IMG/VR virus record: IMGVR_UViG_3300045988_024913
DNA from: a virus
DNA length: 18,079 nucleotides
Strand: one strand, 5' to 3'
A model generated the notes under the pieces. The model was not told the DNA's origin. It did not search any database and saw only the letters and a list, made by a program, of their open reading frames with translations. Positions 13,438-18,079 of this stretch are shown piece by piece; position 1 is the stretch's first letter, and each line of letters begins with the position of its first letter. A program made the position numbers and the translations under genes.

Positions 13438-14697
13438 ATGATTATACCCCGCTCGGTATGCCGGGCGGGGTATACTAATACTATGGTAGACGTGCAAGCA
13501 TGGTTGGAACGTACCCAAAACCAATACTGGGATATGGATGGGGTTTACGGCGCCCAATGCTGGGACCTGTGGGCGAAATACTGCATGGATAATTACAATC
13601 TGTCATTAGGCGACTGCATCACCCCGACAGGTTACGCGGCGGGCAATTACATCATGTTCCCCACCACGTCCGCCGTGGGGCGTGTTTTTGAGAAAAAAGA
13701 CGCCAACTATACGCCCGGCATGGGGGATGTCGTGTTCTGGAGGTTCGGCAGTCAAAACTACCCCGGCAGTCACGTGGCCATCGTATGGGGGGGCGTCCAA
13801 GGCGACAATATCGACGTGTTGACGCAAAACCCAACGCCCGCCGTACATCAATTGTTGCCGCTCGCGAAAAGCTCCCAACTGCTTGGCTATCTGCATCCCA
13901 CGGCATTGCCGGAACCGCCGGAATCCGGCGACAATCCGACAGGCGGCAATAATCCGGGCGTGACCGTGGACGGCGATATTTCCGCATGGATACAATTACA
14001 GGGCGATAACCTCGTATATCACAGTGGTTCGGGCACGACATCATCGCAAGCCATTTTCTACAAGGCGAGCGCCCAGACGTGGATATATCGTGGCGGCACA
14101 GGTCAGCCGGACGCCGACCAAGGTCAGGGCACGCCAAGCGTGGGCGACGGGAAAAGCTCATACGCGCTCTATGTAATCGGTACCGTTGAATCATCATTAC
14201 GCTGGGATGCTGTCGAACCAAACAATCAGGGCATCGGCATCGCACAATGGAGTTTCGGACGCCGCCTACAGGTCTTGAATGCGATGAGGGCGGTGGACGC
14301 TGTAGGATATGAGGCGTTTGCCGCCGCCGCGCCGAGTATCGCCACGCTTATGGAATCAGGCGGCGCATTCGATAGGGCGATGACCGGTAGCGAGGTCGCC
14401 GCATTCCAGATTTGGGCGCGGCGCACGGAATCACGGCAGGGACAGCGAAACCAGTTTGCCGAGGACTACGAGAGCTACCCGAAGACGTATGACGATGTGA
14501 AAATGCAGATACTATGGGTGAGCGCCTATCATCAAAGCCCGGCGGGCGCGTTGAACGTGCCACATGCCTCAACCCTTGCCCAACTGTATAGTAATATCCT
14601 CAATACCTCCCCGTTCGGGCCATACGGGACACGTTATAACACCGTCTATTCGTTGTTGAATGTGTGGGACGGCGCCAGCGCACCACCGAACTTCTGA
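13438..14697 (+). CDS. Tail-associated peptidoglycan hydrolase: N-terminal CHAP domain plus C-terminal lysozyme/transglycosylase-like domain (functional analogue of phi29 gp13)
   Basis: The CHAP Cys context is GAQCWDLW (around 13549-13572) and the His context is GSHVAIV (around 13765-13785). A P/G/N linker follows. The C-terminal part has GTVESSLRWD...GIGIAQWS, reminiscent of the E-S / G-[LI]-x-Q transglycosylase signature. The start is uncertain: ATG 13438 has no SD, and ATG 13483 is an alternative. Confidence 0.75.
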   Translation: MIIPRSVCRAGYTNTMVDVQAWLERTQNQYWDMDGVYGAQCWDLWAKYCMDNYNLSLGDCITPTGYAAGNYIMFPTTSAVGRVFEKKDANYTPGMGDVVFWRFGSQNYPGSHVAIVWGGVQGDNIDVLTQNPTPAVHQLLPLAKSSQLLGYLHPTALPEPPESGDNPTGGNNPGVTVDGDISAWIQLQGDNLVYHSGSGTTSSQAIFYKASAQTWIYRGGTGQPDADQGQGTPSVGDGKSSYALYVIGTVESSLRWDAVEPNNQGIGIAQWSFGRRLQVLNAMRAVDAVGYEAFAAAAPSIATLMESGGAFDRAMTGSEVAAFQIWARRTESRQGQRNQFAEDYESYPKTYDDVKMQILWVSAYHQSPAGALNVPHASTLAQLYSNILNTSPFGPYGTRYNTVYSLLNVWDGASAPPNF

Positions 14698-14698
14698 C

Positions 14699-14738
14699 AC
14701 AGTGACAAACCGGTAGATATATACCGGTTTGTCACTGT
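14699..14738 (+). terminator. Very strong stem-loop between the tail lysin and ATPase genes
   Basis: ACAGTGACAAACCGGTA gatata TACCGGTTTGTCACTGT forms a 17-bp perfect stem with a 6-nt loop. It starts 2 nt after the stop codon and is followed by TGTATGG, with no U tract. Confidence 0.5.
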
Positions 14739-14749
14739 TGTATGGTAGT

Positions 14750-15856
14750 ATGGATACTATGGAGAGACTGTTAGCGGAGGGTGATTATTACGATTATGGG
14801 CGCGTATTATCCTATCACGCGCCTTGGATGTTCGTAATCGGCGCGCGCGGCCTCGGCAAAACCTATGGTGCCAAAAAACTTGTCATTGGTGACTGGATTA
14901 AAAAACGCTGGCAATTCATCTATCTAAGACGTACCGCCGAGGAACAGAAAAACAAGGGCACATGGTTTGCTGACATTGCAGAACAGTATCCGGAGCTGGA
15001 ATTTCGCGTGTCCGGCAATCAGGCAGAATGTCATTGGCTGGATGACAGGGACGCGACCACGGACAAACACGGCAAGACGCGCCCCACGTGGCATATCATG
15101 GGGTATTTCATCGCCCTCAGTCAGGCCGGACAAGTGAAATCAGTTGCGTATCCCAAAGTGCGAACCATTGTTTTTGATGAGATTTTCCCCGATAATATGC
15201 GGTATTTGGGCGGTGAGGTGACCGCGCTTGAGGAATTTTATAATACGGTTGACCGTTGGAATGATAGGACTCGCGTTATCATGTGCAGTAATGCGGTAAC
15301 GTTGGCCAACCCGTATTTTTCGGCATTTAACATCAATCTGAAAACCCAATTGGATAATCACACGCAATACCAACGCTATTGCAACGGGTTCATTATGGTG
15401 GAATTGGCGGATTACGGGGGGTTCAGCGCCAAGGTGGCCACGTCGAAATTCGGTCAGTTTCTACGCGAATATGATGAGAATTATGCGAATTATGCAATCA
15501 ACAATGATTTCAGGGATAACGCCAATACTCTCGTCAGTGATTTCAACAACGCCGGTTATGCGTTCACGCTGAGAACGACCGAATACGGTATTTTTAACGT
15601 ATACCAACAATTAAGCGATACCGACGAAGTACTATATATAATCACCAAAAAACAGCCTAAAATCACCCGTGATTTTACGTTTGATTACCGACTGGTTGAC
15701 AATGATTGCATCATGCTCAAACGTTCCGACGATATGACGCAGAAAATATTAAGCGCCTATCGCGTCGGGCGACTGCGTTTTGAAACACCGCAAATCAAAG
15801 CGGAGTTCAGTATGATACTTGGCGGCCTGCTACAGCAATCAGGTATAAGAAAGTGA
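14750..15856 (+). CDS. DNA encapsidation ATPase (phi29 gp16-like), 368 aa
   Basis: FVIGARGLGKTYGAKK (Walker A), QFIYLRR, VRTIVFDEIF (Walker B) and CSNAVTLANPYFSAFNI parallel phi29 gp16 FVIGARGIGKSYAMK, QFIYVRR, VSTIVFDEFI and LSNAVSVVNPYFLFFNL. The start is either ATG 14750 or ATG 14759; the track start 14729 lies inside the hairpin. Confidence 0.92.
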   Translation: MDTMERLLAEGDYYDYGRVLSYHAPWMFVIGARGLGKTYGAKKLVIGDWIKKRWQFIYLRRTAEEQKNKGTWFADIAEQYPELEFRVSGNQAECHWLDDRDATTDKHGKTRPTWHIMGYFIALSQAGQVKSVAYPKVRTIVFDEIFPDNMRYLGGEVTALEEFYNTVDRWNDRTRVIMCSNAVTLANPYFSAFNINLKTQLDNHTQYQRYCNGFIMVELADYGGFSAKVATSKFGQFLREYDENYANYAINNDFRDNANTLVSDFNNAGYAFTLRTTEYGIFNVYQQLSDTDEVLYIITKKQPKITRDFTFDYRLVDNDCIMLKRSDDMTQKILSAYRVGRLRFETPQIKAEFSMILGGLLQQSGIRK

Positions 15857-15865
15857 GGAACATAT

Positions 15866-16231
15866 ATGCCAATCCATGAGTTAATCGTTATCGGTATCGT
15901 ATTTTTATTGGTGCTGATTGATTATATTACCGGAGTAGTTAACGCGATTATGCAAGGCGAACTGTCCAGTAAAAGAATGAGGGAAGGACTCGGGCACAAG
16001 TTCGCCTATCTGGCGGTAATTTGCGTGGCGTTGATTGTGGAATACGGTTCTGATTACATCAATCTTGGAATCGAACTACCCGTATTCATTCCCGTTTGCG
16101 TAGGTATCTGTCTGACTGAAATCACATCAATCATCGAAAACTGCGTGAAAATCAACCCCGAACTATCCAGCTCGAATATTCTCAATATTTTCAACATCGA
16201 CAGGAAGGAAGATAATGGCAAAGAAGATTAA
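15866..16231 (+). CDS. Holin (phage_holin_4 / toxin-secretion-type family), 121 aa
   Basis: ATG 15866 follows GAGGAA. It has three hydrophobic segments and a charged C-terminal tail (DRKEDNGKED). The LIDYITGVVNA...SSK....G...K pattern is typical of this holin family. It lies immediately upstream of the endolysin gene and overlaps it. Confidence 0.8.
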   Translation: MPIHELIVIGIVFLLVLIDYITGVVNAIMQGELSSKRMREGLGHKFAYLAVICVALIVEYGSDYINLGIELPVFIPVCVGICLTEITSIIENCVKINPELSSSNILNIFNIDRKEDNGKED

Positions 16232-17279
16232 AGCAGTCGCCTATAGTGTAATCGCCGCGACCACCGCACTGCTGTTGGCATTCGCGCCAACCGCGAGCGC
16301 GGCGGACATGATAGACGTATCCAGTTGGCAGACCGGCATCAACGTAACCACCACTGGCGCGCAAATCGTCGTAGCCAAAGCCACCGAGGGTGTCGGATAC
16401 GTCAACCCCGATTGCGACCGCGTGGTACAAGACGCCCTGAAAGCAGGGCAGGGGGTAGGCGTCTACCATTTCGCGCACACGGAAAACAGCGCTGTCAGCG
16501 AGGCCAATTACTTTATCAACAACACACGCGGATACATCGGTAAAGGCATCGTGCCGATACTAGACTGGGAGCCAAACGCCCCATGGGACACTGGTTGGGC
16601 CCTCACATGGCTCCAAACCGTGGAAGCCGCATGGGGCACCAAGCCAATCATCTACACGAACCAATTCACGGAAAATTCCTACGACTGGTCGGCGGTTGTC
16701 GCCGGTAACTATGGCCTGTGGATAGCCGCTTACACGCTGGGTTATACACCAATATACGGGTTTAATCCGCCCTCAACCCAGCCCACACTCCACTACTGGC
16801 CGTTTGCCGTAGCATGGCAATACACTAGCACCGGCTATATCAACGGCTGGGCCGAAGGAGTTGACCTAAGCGTAGTCTACGGCGACCTCAACACGTGGCA
16901 CGCATACGCAGGCAGCGGACAAGTCGCACCCAAGCCCACACCGCAACCCGCACCGCAACCCGCACCGCAACCCAGTGCGCCGAACACTCCATGTAACACC
17001 AATTGCGTTATCATCCAAAGCGGCCAGTATGTTTCAATGTTCTGGCCCGACTGGTGGAACGTAAGCGCACCCAGCGGCAACCCGTCCATCGTATACCCCG
17101 GCGACAAGGTATGTCACAACGGCGGAGGCACCGCAACAGTATCACGCACATACGTAGTGCAGGCGGGCGACACGCTATCAAGCATTGCCGCATATCTTGG
17201 AGTCAACATGTACAACATCACCGGATACAGCTCTGGTAACATGAACCTCATCTACCCCGGGGAAGTACTCTACTACTAA
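16215..17279 (+). CDS. Endolysin: N-terminal signal peptide, GH25 muramidase domain, Pro-rich linker, C-terminal LysM-type wall-binding region
   Basis: ATG 16215 follows AGGAAGGAAG. MAKKIKAVAYSVIAATTALLLAFAPTASA|AD looks like a Sec signal with an AxA site. DVSSWQ...VVAKATEG..YVNP...GVYHFA is the GH25 signature. The linker is PKPTPQPAPQPAPQPSAP. The C-terminus YVVQAGDTLSSIAAYLGVNMYNITGYSSGNMNLIYPGEVL is LysM, preceded by a degenerate LysM-like unit. Confidence 0.9.
   Translation: MAKKIKAVAYSVIAATTALLLAFAPTASAADMIDVSSWQTGINVTTTGAQIVVAKATEGVGYVNPDCDRVVQDALKAGQGVGVYHFAHTENSAVSEANYFINNTRGYIGKGIVPILDWEPNAPWDTGWALTWLQTVEAAWGTKPIIYTNQFTENSYDWSAVVAGNYGLWIAAYTLGYTPIYGFNPPSTQPTLHYWPFAVAWQYTSTGYINGWAEGVDLSVVYGDLNTWHAYAGSGQVAPKPTPQPAPQPAPQPSAPNTPCNTNCVIIQSGQYVSMFWPDWWNVSAPSGNPSIVYPGDKVCHNGGGTATVSRTYVVQAGDTLSSIAAYLGVNMYNITGYSSGNMNLIYPGEVLYY
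16939..16974 (+). repeat. 12-bp tandem repeat (about 3 copies of CACCGCAACCCG) encoding the PQPA linker
   Basis: The copies are 16939-16950, 16951-16962 and 16963-16974 (last base differs). All lie inside the endolysin linker. Confidence 0.85.
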
Positions 17280-17292
17280 TCTCCCCGGCATG

Positions 17293-17325
17293 AATAAGCC
17301 CCGCAAAATGCGGGGCTTATTTGTT
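17293..17325. terminator. Bidirectional intrinsic terminator between the convergent + strand late genes and the - strand right-end genes
   Basis: AATAAGCCCCGC (17293-17304) pairs with GCGGGGCTTATT (17310-17321). This 12-bp stem has a 5-nt loop, is followed by TGTT on the + strand, and has A/T-rich stem bases at both ends. Confidence 0.8.
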
Positions 17326-17330
17326 ATCGG

Positions 17331-17576
17331 TCACCATGCATAATCATAAATTGAAACAACATATGAACAAACACCATTTTCAACACCACAACATACAAAA
17401 TCAAAATCACAATCACCATAATCATGTTCAAGAACCCTAGTAAGAGCTGATTTAAACGTGACCACGCCATTATCAATCTCCCTACAAGCATTAACAATTT
17501 TCTCAAACCCGTCAACATCAACCAAATAGACATGATACGGTTCAATCTCAGTCACATAAGCATTAACCTTAAACAT
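17331..17576 (-). CDS. Hypothetical right-end protein (81 aa)
   Basis: The ATG is preceded on the - strand by GGAAGGAGAG. The gene ends just before the bidirectional terminator. No family recognised. Confidence 0.65.
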   Translation of the reverse strand: MFKVNAYVTEIEPYHVYLVDVDGFEKIVNACREIDNGVVTFKSALTRVLEHDYGDCDFDFVCCGVENGVCSYVVSIYDYAW

Positions 17577-17598
17577 TCTACTCTCCTTCCTTTATTGC

Positions 17599-17784
17599 TC
17601 ACTCGGCCACACGATTCACAAAAACCACAGTCTCAAAACAATAACGATAAAACTCAACACCCCCATGCTCATAGAAAACAACAAGACAATCCACAATAGC
17701 ATCAACATCATAACCCACAACACGCCCACCACTGTTGCGAATGTAGCCAATAACCTCATTCTCAATGTCTTGACGATGCATCAT
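17599..17784 (-). CDS. Hypothetical right-end protein (61 aa), first gene read inward from the right ITR
   Basis: This is the 3' part of track ORF 17599..18036. I trimmed it to the ATG mirrored from 296, which uses the same ITR-encoded SD as the left-end gene. An alternative start at 17796 gives MVVEM. Confidence 0.5.
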   Translation of the reverse strand: MMHRQDIENEVIGYIRNSGGRVVGYDVDAIVDCLVVFYEHGGVEFYRYCFETVVFVNRVAE

Positions 17785-18079
17785 CTCAACTACCATCCTT
17801 TCTACATTCCTTGGCCGATAATCACATAATACACCACCACAAAACACAACACGCCCAACAACAACACAAAAACGATAAAAAACAACGAGACAAAAAACGC
17901 AGACAAAACAACAAGCAAAAAACGACAACGAAAAAAGCCAGCAAAACACAACAAGAACCAGAGACGAGGCAAAAAAGCACAACAGAAACAACAACAAAAA
18001 ACACAGAACAAACAACGATAGCAAAACACACAACAAAGCAGTTGTGGAAAAAGGCTAGCTGCTGGGGCCCCTCCCCTCC
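17781..18079. repeat. Right inverted terminal repeat (ITR), 299 bp
   Basis: Reverse complement of 1-299 with a single mismatch at 17819. The window ends exactly at the repeat end. Confidence 0.97.

Noticed and set aside
16939-16974. A short tandem repeat that could be mistaken for a CRISPR-like or VNTR regulatory element.
   Set aside because: There are only about 3 contiguous 12-bp copies with no spacers. They are in frame within the endolysin and encode the PQPA inter-domain linker.
1-18079. Interpretation as a tectivirus-like or plasmid-like linear element, given the ITRs, protein-primed PolB and genome size of about 15-18 kb.
   Set aside because: The structural genes are clearly phi29-type: an HK97-fold-type gp8-like capsid with a Big_2 domain, the gp10 connector, the gp9 knob and the gp16 ATPase. 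I recognised no double-jelly-roll capsid protein or FtsK-type tectiviral ATPase.
1-18079. A search for a lysogeny module (integrase, repressor, attP), tRNA genes and CRISPR arrays.
   Set aside because: No ORF shows tyrosine or serine recombinase or HTH-repressor signatures that I could recognise. I saw no cloverleaf-like tRNA sequence and no repeat-spacer array. The element appears strictly lytic. This is a visual assessment only.

Overview
The window is bounded by a 299-bp inverted terminal repeat (1-299 is the reverse complement of 17781-18079, one mismatch). It therefore looks like a complete 18,079-bp linear dsDNA replicon. The gene content is that of a phi29-type, protein-primed podovirus. 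By-eye motif matches to phi29 identify a family-B protein-primed DNA polymerase (gp2-like), a major capsid protein with a C-terminal Ig-like domain (gp8-like), tail knob (gp9-like), connector/portal (gp10-like), lower collar (gp11-like) and encapsidation ATPase (gp16-like). Also present are a probable terminal protein, a scaffold protein, two tail-fibre paralogues, a CHAP-containing tail lysin, a holin and a GH25/LysM endolysin. Unlike phi29, the replication genes and late genes are all on the + strand. Only two small genes at the right end read inward on the - strand. I saw no integrase, repressor module, tRNA or CRISPR array. Points worth follow-up are listed here. (1) The ITRs are almost free of A on the 5' strand, start with a reiterated GGAGG GGAGG GG terminus, and end just after a shared SD and start codon. 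(2) The polymerase appears to lack four of the five 3'-5' exonuclease catalytic residues. (3) A 187-bp structured non-coding region between the polymerase and scaffold genes is a candidate pRNA-like RNA. (4) Perfect extended -10 elements (TGnTATAAT) occur only on the + strand. (5) The endolysin carries a Sec-type signal peptide. All functional calls rest on visual motif recognition; no searches or computations were run.
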